Below are positions 19,206 to 29,546 of a DNA stretch of 64,000 nucleotides, one piece after another. The translations under genes were made by a program, and so were the position numbers. The notes beneath the pieces were generated by a model. It saw nothing but the letters and a program-made list of their open reading frames with translations, searched no databases and had not been told where the DNA came from. Origin of the DNA: a bacterium (lineage in GTDB: Bacteria > Hinthialibacterota > Hinthialibacteria > Hinthialibacterales > Hinthialibacteraceae); NCBI GenBank assembly GCA_963662285.2, contig CAXXMV010000008.1:1536001-1600000 (forward strand), written 5' to 3'. Numbering within the stretch: the first letter of the stretch is position 1; each line of letters begins with the position of its first letter.

Positions 19206-21464
19206 ATGAATACTAAGCGAATGATAAATATAACTACTGTGTTATTCGCATTATTGTTGCTGGCGATAACGAATAATACCGCAGCGGATTCAAGCGATCC
19301 TCTGGAACAATATAACGTTGTATGGGATGCGCCAAGTAAGGATCATAATGGTTCCATGCCTATCGGTAATGGCGATATAGGTATGAACGTCTGGGTTGAG
19401 CCGGATGGTGAGATAGTCATGCTGCTCTCTAAAACCGATGCCTGGAGTGAAAATGGCCGCTTGCTCAAACTAGGTAGGGTACGCATTAAACTGTCTCCCA
19501 ATCCTATAGTAGAAGGCGCTCCATTCAAACAGGTCTTACGGTTGCGTCAGGGAGAAATCGTCATTGATGCAGGTGAGGGGGATAAGGCTGTAATTATTAA
19601 AATCTGGATCGACGCCAATCATCCCGTGGTGCGCGTTGAAGCCGGTAGCGCCGCTCCATTTACGGTGCAGGCGTCGTTGGATATGTGGCGCACCGAACGC
19701 CGCCAATTGCTCGACAAGGAACTCAACAGCGCCTATGGATTGCAAAGCGCTCCATTTCCAGTTTACGTCTATCCCGACGCAATCATCAGCGACCGGGATA
19801 ATCAAATCGTCTGGTATCACCGCAATGAAACATCTATCTGGCAAAACAATCTAACCCACCAGAAAATGGATGGATTTATCCAGCAATCAACTGATCCGCT
19901 TTTGAATCTAACCTTTGGCGCTTGCATCACCGGAACCGGATTAGTCAGTAAAACTCCAACAACCTTACAATCAGACAAAACATACAAGCATCATGTTCTT
20001 TCGGTTTATCCACTTTGCGCGCAAACAGAGACCGCTGATATTTGGCAAAAGCAATTGGATAAAAATATTTCCAGTTATAGTTCAGATAATATAAAAAAAG
20101 ACCGCGACGGTCATCAGGCATGGTGGAATGAATTTTGGAACCGCAGTTGGATTCGTATTTCGGGAGCGCATGAAACCGAAGCCGTCAACCGGGGTTATGT
20201 CTTACAACGCTGGATCAGCGCCTGCGCCGGACGGGGCGCCTATCCCATCAAGTTCAACGGCACGATTTTTACTGTCGATGGCGATGGATTTGATGCTGAT
20301 TACCGCAGGTGGGGCGGGCCGTATTGGTGGCAGAACACCCGGTTGCCCTATTGGCCCATGCTGGCCAGCGGCGATTTCGATATGATGACTCCACTGTTCC
20401 GCATGTACCGGGATATGCTTCCTCTGGAGGAGTACCGCACCAGGCAATGGTTCAAGCATTCAGGGGCGTTCATCGGTGAAACAGTCTATTTCTGGGGGAT
20501 GTATAACAATGAGAACTATGGCTGGAAACGCGATAAAGATATGCCGGTTGGCCAATTGGTGAACCGCTATATCTGCCGTGAATACACCGCTTCGCTTGAG
20601 TTACTGGCTATGATGCTTGATTACTATGACTATATTGAAGACGACCAATTTTTGCAGGACAGTCTTCTTCCGATGTGCGACTCTCTGTTGAAATTCTGGG
20701 ATGAACATTATGCCAACGATGAAAACGGCAAGATGAAAATGTATCCGGCGCAGGCGCTGGAAACATTGCAGGACGCTGAAAACCCGGCTACTGATATCGC
20801 CGGGCTGCAATGGGTGCTGCAACATTTACTTACCATCAATAAAGATAAAACCGGGTTGGAACGACTGGCTTTCTGGAAAGGTCTGCTTGATAAGACGCCT
20901 CCATTGCCGATGGGCGAGAAGGATGGCAAAAAGTATATTCTGGGCGCAAGTAAGATAATCGGCGGGCGCGGCAATTCAGAAAATCCCGAACTATATACCG
21001 TTTTTCCCTTCAGGCTGTTCGGCGTCGGTAAGCCGGATATTGCAACCGGGCGTCTCACCTTCGATCTGCGCGAGGTTCAAGGTAAAAACGGTTGGCGGCA
21101 GGATGATACGCAAGCCGCATTTCTGGGATTAACCGAAACCGCCGCCAGTTATCTCGTTGAAAGGGCCAACGACAAAGATAAAGGCAGCAGGTTTCCCGCC
21201 TTTTGGGGGCCGAATTTTGATTGGATACCAGACCAGGATCATGGAGGCAATTTGCTGATGGCGTTGCAAACCATGCTGCTTCAGGCTGATGATGGCAAGA
21301 TTCATCTTATGCCTGCCTGGCCCAAAGAGTGGGACGTTGATTTCAAATTGCATGCGCCGTATAAAACCGTGCTTCAAGGTTCCATTAAAAACGGTAAAAT
21401 TGAAAACCTGAAAGTTTATCCACCGGAACGCCGCAAGGATGTGATCATCGTGACAGCCCGGTAG
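19206..21464 (+). CDS. Secreted GH95-like glycoside hydrolase (DUF5703 N-terminus)
   Basis: SMPIGNGDIG, KFNGTIF, WWQNTRLPYW, ENPELY, PDQDHGG and PAWPKEW. Confidence 0.8.
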   Translation: MNTKRMINITTVLFALLLLAITNNTAADSSDPLEQYNVVWDAPSKDHNGSMPIGNGDIGMNVWVEPDGEIVMLLSKTDAWSENGRLLKLGRVRIKLSPNPIVEGAPFKQVLRLRQGEIVIDAGEGDKAVIIKIWIDANHPVVRVEAGSAAPFTVQASLDMWRTERRQLLDKELNSAYGLQSAPFPVYVYPDAIISDRDNQIVWYHRNETSIWQNNLTHQKMDGFIQQSTDPLLNLTFGACITGTGLVSKTPTTLQSDKTYKHHVLSVYPLCAQTETADIWQKQLDKNISSYSSDNIKKDRDGHQAWWNEFWNRSWIRISGAHETEAVNRGYVLQRWISACAGRGAYPIKFNGTIFTVDGDGFDADYRRWGGPYWWQNTRLPYWPMLASGDFDMMTPLFRMYRDMLPLEEYRTRQWFKHSGAFIGETVYFWGMYNNENYGWKRDKDMPVGQLVNRYICREYTASLELLAMMLDYYDYIEDDQFLQDSLLPMCDSLLKFWDEHYANDENGKMKMYPAQALETLQDAENPATDIAGLQWVLQHLLTINKDKTGLERLAFWKGLLDKTPPLPMGEKDGKKYILGASKIIGGRGNSENPELYTVFPFRLFGVGKPDIATGRLTFDLREVQGKNGWRQDDTQAAFLGLTETAASYLVERANDKDKGSRFPAFWGPNFDWIPDQDHGGNLLMALQTMLLQADDGKIHLMPAWPKEWDVDFKLHAPYKTVLQGSIKNGKIENLKVYPPERRKDVIIVTAR

Positions 21465-21502
21465 ATAAGCCTATTGTTTTTAGAATCATCCTAACTTTAT
21501 AT

Positions 21503-21588
21503 TGGGTGGTTTGATCAAGGGCAGTCCTTTTTTTTCTGCCCTTGACTACACCTACGTTAATCCAATAACGTCTACCAACAAAAAAACA
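21503..21588 (+). repeat. Family-A hairpin with a conserved flank
   Basis: TGGGTGGTTTGATCAAGGGCAG-loop-CTGCCCTTGA followed by CTACACCTACGTTAATCCAATAACGTCTACCAAC. Confidence 0.85.
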
Positions 21589-21620
21589 TAGGATAAAACT
21601 GTAGGGGCGTCCTTCATGGG

Positions 21621-21820
21621 CAATGTCATTAAGTTAGACGAGTTGTCACCTCTCCCGCCGGGTGTAAAGGCCTGGGACATGGGAGAGGGCTAGGGTGAGG
21701 GGTAAATAAGGATCACTTAAGCTATTGATATAGCTGGGTGGCAAGGGCAAGAGCGCATTGCGCTCAGCCCTTGATCAAGCCACCACTGATAGGATGAAAT
21801 TCCTTAACTTAATTACATTG
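21621..21820. mobile_element. 200-bp MITE with IS4-like ends, inserted in a GTAG REP
   Basis: TIRs CAATGTCATTAAGTTA and TAACTTAATTACATTG match 15/16. Perfect 10-bp direct repeat CCTTCATGGG at 21611-21620 and 21821-21830. Confidence 0.88.
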
Positions 21821-21911
21821 CCTTCATGGGCGCCCAATATGACAAACTACAACAAATACCAAAAACTCCAAAGCGGAAGCCAAGGGCAACCCATTTCTTA
21901 TTCATAAATAA

Positions 21912-24900
21912 TCAAAACGATAAACGCAATGATATATTTCCCGTATTATGCTTCAAATTGATCAACAGAGCCTTCTGATCAACAAGATAACGCCATCCCT
22001 GCTGTTCAAATAATGTATCAAGTTTATCCAAAGCGCCGCTTGATTCGATAGCAACCTCGCTCGGAGGCTCATCAACCGGAGCAATAAGTATTGCCGTGTT
22101 GCGTCCCTTTTTGGATTGAACGGAAAATTCAAGATATTTCTCTGATAATGCATTATTGGTTATATCAGCGTTGGCGCTTATGCGGATTTTATCGACGCCA
22201 GCTTGACCGGGAAAAACGGTTCGGATATTCAAACTGTTGCCTTGCAGCGCATGAAGGTTAGTCATGATGTTTTCAGGATTAATCCACGCGCCATTGGCCC
22301 TGGTAAAATATTCACCGTAACTATCCGGCAGCGTACCGATGTATTCACCCTCAGTCATTTGCTGAAGCATGGCGGAATTAACAATTCCGGTAGCGATCTT
22401 CAACCAGGGATATGAATCATCAAATGGCGCCAGTTCCTGCAAGGCGTACGAATAAACCAACCCGCACCACTGCACCGGAACGCCTAACCAAGTGTGATGA
22501 AAAAACGTAGTACCAAAAATCGGGATAGTAGCATAACGCTGTAATGGACGATCCTCCAGATTCCATAAATAATGAAAAGGTATACCGCTTTTCGCCCAAT
22601 AAACCGCCTTATCAAGATACTTACGGTTCCCGGTTATTTGAAATGCATCAAGGTTCGCTCGCGCTCCATGAGCCGATACCAGGATATCCGCCGCCGCTAT
22701 GGGACACTCCCATCCCTGCGCTCCACGGGGGACGCTGCGTCGGTTCAAGGCTTCTAATGCTTTTAGCCCGCTTCGGGTGACTGCATCATCGCCTGTGATT
22801 AACGCCAGACGCATCAGAAACATTGCATTGGGTGAGATGGTTCCAGAAACTACCTGCCCCTCACCACCCAGCATCTGGCGATCTTTAGAAGGATGAAATC
22901 CCCATCCACCTTCAGGATTCTGCGACGCCCGCATACTAGAAGCCTGACGCATCCATTGAGGTAAAAGCGCTTCGGTCACTCCCCAATAGAAAGCAGGCTC
23001 AAACCGCATTACATGACATCCAGCGGGAGAACCTAAACCTGCGACGCCTTGAGTTTCAAGTATGTGTTTATGAACCAGCTGAGAACGCTGGCGTGCTGTC
23101 TGCTGATCTGCACCGCCTGGATTCAGAAAAACATCCAGATCAAGCAACGCCAACATTCCACCGGAACTAAGCGCACTCCATCCGGCGCAATGCCCCCAAC
23201 CCTTGGCGTCTTCATTCCAGCATGTATGTAAATAAGCCTGGCGGCTAAGTTGAATTTCCTCCGCATAACTCCTTGGCGCAGGCATAGGATCAGGAAAAGG
23301 ATTGCCGCCATAATGATTCTTGCCATAAATCTGCAACCATGCATCCAATGCGTCATTGGGATCATCGCTTTTCGATAAATACAACACGCTACCGATAGTA
23401 ACCGGGCGCTCCTGTTGCATGATGTATGGTTCAAAAGCCATGTCGTGGTTTTCCAAAGTAAAATCTGGAACATTCGGGATGAACAATCCGAAGAGACTAT
23501 TCTCTTGTCCATAGAGCCGGTTAGGAACGGCAAACTTAAGCGAATAACCACGCCGCCCTGGCGCCCATTCCAGATTAGCAGGCCACAACAGCGAAATGAG
23601 ATTTCCTTGATGAGTCAGCGACATATATGGAATGGTGTTCTTGTATGGATGCGGGATATACTGGTCGCGCACCGGAGGATGAGCGACGGCATCACTGGAA
23701 GAGACCGCATCCCGGTCCAGATATTCGATGCCCGGCAATACCGCCATATCTTTCGCACCGCCAAACGAGGCTTCCCCGATATACATTTCCGGTCCGGAGA
23801 AATAGAGCAAACGGCCTCCATTTGATGTAAGATAGTATTGATAACGAAAAGCGTCTGGAAGATTACTCAGTTTTTCTATAGAGCCGGTAAAGTTCCATTC
23901 ACGTCCATCCCGGTCAATAATTGTTTTGCTGAAACCAAGTCTTGAGATATTGTCGCTATCACCTTGAAACTGCAATTTATCCACCATAACCGGGTACAAA
24001 CCTATTGAACCATCGTTATGAAGTATCTTGATCAACGATAAATAAGGCATAACCGCCAGTTGAGACTTGTTTTGATCAAGGATCAACGCCGAACCATAAC
24101 CCATTTTGGTTTGAAAGAGACTGATTGAAAACTTATCACCTTCGATGACAACCTTATTTTTATCTGCTGAATCGCTGACAATGGTTATGAGTGATTGCAA
24201 CGCTCCAGCGGATTTATTGGATTCATCCCGGTCGCCCGATTCCCATTGGCACGAAACGCTCTTCATGCATTCTTCATTTATTTTTATATCCCAGGAGGCT
24301 TCCCCTCTTTCAAAAGGCGGGATGATAAGCGTCTTGGTTTGGGGAGCGTCATCATTGCCGTCCAGCCCAGTCAACGAAAGTTTCACCATTCCTTCAGCGT
24401 CTCCCTCATTGCGGTAACATGCCGTCAACTGAAAGGCTTGGCCGGGATTCGCTATAGGCTTATTAGGGTGAAAGAATACCGGTTTAATGATTGCCCCGGC
24501 GCGGTCGATGATCTTAAAGGAAGCAAGCCTGATTTTCGCCTTAGCATCAGTTGGATCAAGCCGCAAACGGATTATTTCACCCTTCCATTCGACATGGTTG
24601 GACAAAATCATGGTATATGAATGAAATTGGCCATCTGTACTCAAAGGCAGTTTTTTGCTTTTTCCCTCAGTGAAATTCGGATCATCCCTGGTCGCCCAAA
24701 AAAGTTGCAGCTGGGCGCCGCTGGTAACACTCATCTCAAAAACTATGGCTGCGTATTTTGCTGCATCAAAGTTCAACGCATTACTTTGAATATATGGATC
24801 AGCAGCGGTGGATTCAAATTGAAGGCCCCGCTGCGTCTGTTGTAATTGGCTTACATCATGCGCAGGGCGCCAATCCGAGGTCTGATTCAGATTACGCAAG

Positions 24901-24968
24901 ACATCCAGCGCCATGATGTTCATAGTTAATCCCAGAGTAAGAATAGCAACGAGGGTTATACGTTTCAT
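21912..24968 (-). CDS. Large secreted hypothetical protein (CBM-like N-terminus, probable alpha/alpha-barrel C-terminus)
   Basis: Signal peptide; QLFWAT..WKGEIIRLRLDP beta-sandwich; C-terminal QNPEGGWGF, VPRGAQGWE and YLDKAVYWA. Confidence 0.7.
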   Translation of the reverse strand: MKRITLVAILTLGLTMNIMALDVLRNLNQTSDWRPAHDVSQLQQTQRGLQFESTAADPYIQSNALNFDAAKYAAIVFEMSVTSGAQLQLFWATRDDPNFTEGKSKKLPLSTDGQFHSYTMILSNHVEWKGEIIRLRLDPTDAKAKIRLASFKIIDRAGAIIKPVFFHPNKPIANPGQAFQLTACYRNEGDAEGMVKLSLTGLDGNDDAPQTKTLIIPPFERGEASWDIKINEECMKSVSCQWESGDRDESNKSAGALQSLITIVSDSADKNKVVIEGDKFSISLFQTKMGYGSALILDQNKSQLAVMPYLSLIKILHNDGSIGLYPVMVDKLQFQGDSDNISRLGFSKTIIDRDGREWNFTGSIEKLSNLPDAFRYQYYLTSNGGRLLYFSGPEMYIGEASFGGAKDMAVLPGIEYLDRDAVSSSDAVAHPPVRDQYIPHPYKNTIPYMSLTHQGNLISLLWPANLEWAPGRRGYSLKFAVPNRLYGQENSLFGLFIPNVPDFTLENHDMAFEPYIMQQERPVTIGSVLYLSKSDDPNDALDAWLQIYGKNHYGGNPFPDPMPAPRSYAEEIQLSRQAYLHTCWNEDAKGWGHCAGWSALSSGGMLALLDLDVFLNPGGADQQTARQRSQLVHKHILETQGVAGLGSPAGCHVMRFEPAFYWGVTEALLPQWMRQASSMRASQNPEGGWGFHPSKDRQMLGGEGQVVSGTISPNAMFLMRLALITGDDAVTRSGLKALEALNRRSVPRGAQGWECPIAAADILVSAHGARANLDAFQITGNRKYLDKAVYWAKSGIPFHYLWNLEDRPLQRYATIPIFGTTFFHHTWLGVPVQWCGLVYSYALQELAPFDDSYPWLKIATGIVNSAMLQQMTEGEYIGTLPDSYGEYFTRANGAWINPENIMTNLHALQGNSLNIRTVFPGQAGVDKIRISANADITNNALSEKYLEFSVQSKKGRNTAILIAPVDEPPSEVAIESSGALDKLDTLFEQQGWRYLVDQKALLINLKHNTGNISLRLSF

Positions 24969-25313
24969 GCTGATCTCCTGTATACTTTTTAGTGATGATA
25001 CATAATATCATTTTTTCTTAAGCGGATAAGAACGTTATTATGCATATCTCTCTGATTTTGCATGGCGAATTTGAATCCCCATACAACGAAAGATCTTGAA
25101 TATTTGAGATTTACCTGTAAATTGGATAGCTTATAAAAGATGGACTATTTTATTGATATTATGTTCAATAAAAAAATTCTGGTTTCCTTTTTGCATTTTA
25201 TGTTTTGATAAAAATCATTATTTATATTCACGTATTCCCCGAATAAATGTATAATTATATTCCTGTTATGGATGTAGGGTCGCTAAAATAATATTATTAA
25301 TGAGGTCAGTTGG

Positions 25314-26591
25314 ATGTTATCAAAATATCGCGGCGATTTTTCGTCAAAAACTCTGGAAGATAGTTTAAAAAAAGTTCTTGATACCCGTCAAGAAGAAGAG
25401 ACTAAATTTAGAGCCAAGCATGTATATAAATGGACTATCATGTTTTGCGACGCCTCCCGGACTCTAAAAAAAGCCACAGATATCAGTGAAGAAAAACTCA
25501 AAGAACTCACGGCTGAGTATCGGGAAGTTATTACAAAGATAGCAAACAAATATGATCCTCCATATACCGCATCCGGCGATGGACCACAGTTGGTGATTTG
25601 CTTTGATTCTCCTGAAACTGCGGCCAACGCAGCCATAGAAATCCAGAAAGAACTCAAAGATTGGCGTTACCGTGATGATGGCGGCGCCTATTTCCGCCCG
25701 TCAATCGGTTTGAATTCGGGAGATTTCGTTATCAAAGATGATGACCTGAAACAATCCAACGCCTGCAACCTTGGCAAACGAGTCGAAACCCAAGCCAACA
25801 AAGCCCAGATTTTCTTATCGTATTCAACATATGAAGAACTTAAATCATACAGTAATTATAAAATTGCGTTTGAAAAAGAAGCTCTTCTCAAAAATATTCC
25901 TGATCCGCAAAATATTTACAATTTATCCTGGCAGTCATCAACCATTACAGATGTAGCGAAAAAAAATAATACAGACGATAAAGACGAATCACACTCTACC
26001 CCCTCTCCATCCGGGATTTTGGAAGAATTGGATGATAAAGTAAATATTGCTGAAAAATTCATGGGCATATTGATCTGCGACGTTGCTGGTTCTACCAAGA
26101 AATTCTGGAACCTGGGAGACCGCGAAGGCAATTTACTTATCGATATTTTCCGTAAAGAAGTTTTTATAATCTTAAAGAAATATAAGGCGGTGCATATCGA
26201 AATCCGCGAAGGGGATATGATCGTCGCTTGCTTCTCTCTTGATAAACCGATTTTGAATGTTATGGCTGGTATAGAAATTCAAAAGAACTTTTTCAGAAGA
26301 AATGTCGGCCTGGGCAGCAGAAACCGGGAAAAGATCGAATCGTCAATTGGTCTTCATGTCGGCAATTTCGCCGTAAGTAATAGCGAGATTGTTCCTAATA
26401 TGGATTTCTTTACCGCTAAAGGAATGCAGGATATGGCTGGCGCCAATGATATCTGCATCTCGGAAGAAATGGCCAACATGATTAAAGAATACACTCACAT
26501 GCCATTGGTTGAATCAGGAGAAACCACAGTAAAAGGAAAAGACGAACCACTTAAAATCTTCAATTTAGAGTGGTATAAATCTTCCAAATAA
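25314..26591 (+). CDS. Soluble protein with two tandem class III nucleotide cyclase domains
   Basis: Domain 1: IMFCDAS..SIGLNSG..NLGKRVE..QIFLS..LLKNI. Domain 2: LICDVAGST..EGDMI..SIGLHVG..DICIS..VKGK. Confidence 0.85.
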   Translation: MLSKYRGDFSSKTLEDSLKKVLDTRQEEETKFRAKHVYKWTIMFCDASRTLKKATDISEEKLKELTAEYREVITKIANKYDPPYTASGDGPQLVICFDSPETAANAAIEIQKELKDWRYRDDGGAYFRPSIGLNSGDFVIKDDDLKQSNACNLGKRVETQANKAQIFLSYSTYEELKSYSNYKIAFEKEALLKNIPDPQNIYNLSWQSSTITDVAKKNNTDDKDESHSTPSPSGILEELDDKVNIAEKFMGILICDVAGSTKKFWNLGDREGNLLIDIFRKEVFIILKKYKAVHIEIREGDMIVACFSLDKPILNVMAGIEIQKNFFRRNVGLGSRNREKIESSIGLHVGNFAVSNSEIVPNMDFFTAKGMQDMAGANDICISEEMANMIKEYTHMPLVESGETTVKGKDEPLKIFNLEWYKSSK

Positions 26592-26732
26592 AAAAATATT
26601 TCCTGTAAAACAACCGAGAGTATAAGAACTGACTGCGATCTTTTTAATATCACAACATCATCCGCCTTAGATATTACATCGCGTCGTTTCTTTTACATCC
26701 ACGCTCTTATGCAAAACTGGAGATTATCAAAC

Positions 26733-26993
26733 ATGGACGAATCTGCAAATACAGATAATTTCACTCAAAGCGTCATCAGCCGGATCAATCCCCAAATATA
26801 TTCAACATTATCCTCGGAACAGATTGAGGCATTGGCGCAAGCAGTATATTCATGCCGCCCCACCAAAAAACACTTAATAAATTTCCGGGGTTTTATACCT
26901 TTTTTCAAATCACGCTATTATTTCGTCTTCCTTTTCGGGCGCGACCGGCGCGCTGAGTCGCATGAGGTGCAGCATAACATGAGAAATTTATAA
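26733..26993 (+). CDS. Small conserved hypothetical protein, possibly C-terminally truncated
   Basis: The motif HLINFRGFIP..RYYFVFLFGRDRR resembles a small-protein family that I recall continuing into a membrane helix, which is absent here. Confidence 0.5.
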   Translation: MDESANTDNFTQSVISRINPQIYSTLSSEQIEALAQAVYSCRPTKKHLINFRGFIPFFKSRYYFVFLFGRDRRAESHEVQHNMRNL

Positions 26994-27108
26994 CGCCGAA
27001 TCCGGCGTCTTCAATCCCCCAATACTCTTTCTTTTCAATGTCAACTTAATGAACTGTATAAACAAACAGAACAGTTTACATAAAAAAAACGTGATTTCGA
27101 GAACCGTT

Positions 27109-28665
27109 CTATTGCAAGCCTTCAACCAAATCCTCACTTATTATGGTGGGACACCAGTATTTTTCTATATGCTCAATCACCAGTTGAGTTCCTGCGTCGT
27201 GAGAGACCTGCGGAGAATCTTTGGGGTCATACATTGCATCGGTTAAGTCGCGCACCAGGATGCATTTTTTGCCCCAGCGCGTCATCTGCCGGATGGCGAA
27301 TGAACGTCCCAGGATGCACATGTTGGTATGCACTCCCATGATGAGCAGGGTATCAATGCCTTCCTGCTCGATAAAGTTATATACTTCACGGCCATTATCA
27401 GATATACCGTCATATTTCCCAATGTCGATATGCTTGCTCTGCCGGGTCCAGGCGTGATACCAGGGCGTTTCGTCGGTATCGCAGCCACCATCTGAATCAT
27501 CGATGGGCAGCGGATGGGTTGGTATATCCAAGGCTTCCGGCAATGGGAAGACCCGCGCCAGTTGCATCCTGCGGCGTTGCGGCCAATCGAGGTAAAAACT
27601 CAGGGTATCGGACGGCGCGTGGATGATCTGGATGCCTCTATCGCGGGCTGCATTAACCACTTTGTTCATCTTCTGGGCGATGACTTCGCACCGCTCAGTG
27701 GCGCCGTTGCACCAATGCTTGTCCCACATATCGCAAATGATTATAGCCGTTTTGGCGACAGGCGTCTCTTGTTCAAAATTAATTTCCTCCCACTGATCCT
27801 TTTGTTCGGTGGACTCTTCACGGCTGCGTAATTTCAACTGAAGCGTTCCCTTGGGACGAGTGCGCTTTTCCGGGATTTCCAATTCGCTTCGCTCGACTTC
27901 ACATTGAGACGTCCAATACAGCGCATTGGCCAGCATGCGTTTGAATGAAGCGTTTTCGAAATCCTCCACGCCTCCCAGTTGAGTATAAAATACCCGGCCT
28001 CCATTAATGGTTCGCGTCCAGGCGGCGGGTTGCGGCTCTTTTTGCGTGGGGATTGTTGCGGTCATCAGCAAGTCGGCGTCATCAGAGATCGGCCCGGTTT
28101 TGTAGAGGCTGTAGCGGGAATACAAGGTTCCGATCCCGTCCAGTATGGGATGAGAATTTTTAGATTTTATGGTATTGGCTTCCATAGTAGGACCATTACC
28201 GAAATGGTTATGATAATTGCCGCCCAGAATTTCTTTATCGAACTCCAGCCAGTTCTGGAAACCATGACTGGCGGTGCGCACCGCAACAATGGCATTACCT
28301 GATTTACAATAATTCTTCACCATTTCCAGTTGTTCACCATCAATCAGCAAACGGCGGGTGAAAAATAACGCCGCATCGCAATCCTCCAACGCTTCCAATC
28401 CGGGCAACTGCTCGAATCCAATCGCTTTAAGCAAAGTGCATTCGATATTGTAATTACTCTCCAGATAGGTTTTGAATGCTGTAAGCGACGCATCAGAGTT
28501 ATACTCAGCCGATCCTGAAACCAGACAAACGCGCAGTGGTGGAGTTTCGAAATCAGCGTTTATAGAATTTACTGGCAAAAAATAAAAAACTATCAGAGCC
28601 GCTATAGCAAGAAGGAAATTACATTGGATGCTCGATAAAACTGAATTCCCGGCCTCATATTTCAT
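27109..28665 (-). CDS. Secreted ThuA-like plus isochorismatase/cysteine hydrolase fusion
   Basis: RTASHGF..GRVFYTQLG (ThuA), then IICDMWD, IHAPSD, MGVHTNMC and LVRDLTD. Confidence 0.85.
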   Translation of the reverse strand: MKYEAGNSVLSSIQCNFLLAIAALIVFYFLPVNSINADFETPPLRVCLVSGSAEYNSDASLTAFKTYLESNYNIECTLLKAIGFEQLPGLEALEDCDAALFFTRRLLIDGEQLEMVKNYCKSGNAIVAVRTASHGFQNWLEFDKEILGGNYHNHFGNGPTMEANTIKSKNSHPILDGIGTLYSRYSLYKTGPISDDADLLMTATIPTQKEPQPAAWTRTINGGRVFYTQLGGVEDFENASFKRMLANALYWTSQCEVERSELEIPEKRTRPKGTLQLKLRSREESTEQKDQWEEINFEQETPVAKTAIIICDMWDKHWCNGATERCEVIAQKMNKVVNAARDRGIQIIHAPSDTLSFYLDWPQRRRMQLARVFPLPEALDIPTHPLPIDDSDGGCDTDETPWYHAWTRQSKHIDIGKYDGISDNGREVYNFIEQEGIDTLLIMGVHTNMCILGRSFAIRQMTRWGKKCILVRDLTDAMYDPKDSPQVSHDAGTQLVIEHIEKYWCPTIISEDLVEGLQ

Positions 28666-28753
28666 GGTATTTCCACCCCTATCTATTATTATATAATTCC
28701 AAATCTTCGTCTCAAACTAAATCAATAGATTTTATGTTAATATAAAAAAGTTC

Positions 28754-29401
28754 CTAGGTTCCACCAACGACCGGAGAACAATTTACGCCGCCGCCGAAAC
28801 GCATTATATCGCCGTTGCTCATAACGCCGTTGGAAATTGCATATATTTTAAATCGGGTATTCAATAATCCGCGGCTCCATTCCAGCGGCCAGGCTCGTCC
28901 CCCGTCGTAATCCTTGTCTGGTCCTTTGGATGCCAGGCAGTATCCTTGAACTTTCTTATTTTCTCTATCAGGGCGCACTAGGTATTGTTTCAACGTATCT
29001 CCATAATAACCATCATAATTAGCGTATTCATACCAAGGTCCAGGAATTATTGATACAGGTATATTGACCGTAGTAGAAATATTTTCATTATTCTTCAGGA
29101 TATAATCGATATCCATAAAAGGATCATTGTAATCAGCGCTGGAAAGATATGAGACAGGGGTAGTCAACTCGATCAAATGGGTTTCGCTGCATTCAAACAA
29201 TTTAGGCCAGGGATGAAATTTGTAATCCATTTTGTATTGTTCGATAGCAAGAGCAATGGCGTTATGATCGGTATGGACGCGGGCTACCTTGGCGCGAATC
29301 AGCGCATCATAAAACCGGGGAACTGCTATGGCGGCCAGTATTCCAATAATGGCGACTACAATTAACAATTCAATAAGCGTAAAACCAGCCCGATGCTTCA
29401 T
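28754..29401 (-). CDS. Type IV pilin/pseudopilin-like protein with a prepilin cleavage site
   Basis: MKHRAG|FTLIELLIVVAIIGILAAIAVP. Start moved to ATG 29401 after AAGGAG. Confidence 0.9.
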   Translation of the reverse strand: MKHRAGFTLIELLIVVAIIGILAAIAVPRFYDALIRAKVARVHTDHNAIALAIEQYKMDYKFHPWPKLFECSETHLIELTTPVSYLSSADYNDPFMDIDYILKNNENISTTVNIPVSIIPGPWYEYANYDGYYGDTLKQYLVRPDRENKKVQGYCLASKGPDKDYDGGRAWPLEWSRGLLNTRFKIYAISNGVMSNGDIMRFGGGVNCSPVVGGT

Positions 29402-29496
29402 GATTTCTCCTTGCAACATTAGAAGCAGTATCAGATTGGATATCTCACTTACAAAATAGAACGATTCTCCTATCACATCGGTAATGGTGAAACATA

Positions 29497-29529
29497 GTGG
29501 GATACGCTGACGCTTTTAGCCCACCCTAC
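29497..29529 (-). repeat. GTAG-type REP hairpin
   Basis: Minus strand reads GTAGGGTGGGCTAAAAGCGTCAGCGTATCCCAC, close to the copy at 36726. Confidence 0.8.
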
Positions 29530-29546
29530 CTGCTTGATGCGCAAAC

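Noticed and set aside
21619-21822. Reading the MITE ends as GGCAATG (IS1595/ISPna2-like) with a 6-bp TTCATG duplication
   Set aside because: The second copy at 30417 fits only CAATG ends with a 10-bp duplication, and that model also fits this copy.
25314-26993. Pycsar anti-phage system
   Set aside because: No adjacent cNMP-binding TIR or TM effector, and the tandem-domain layout differs from PycC.
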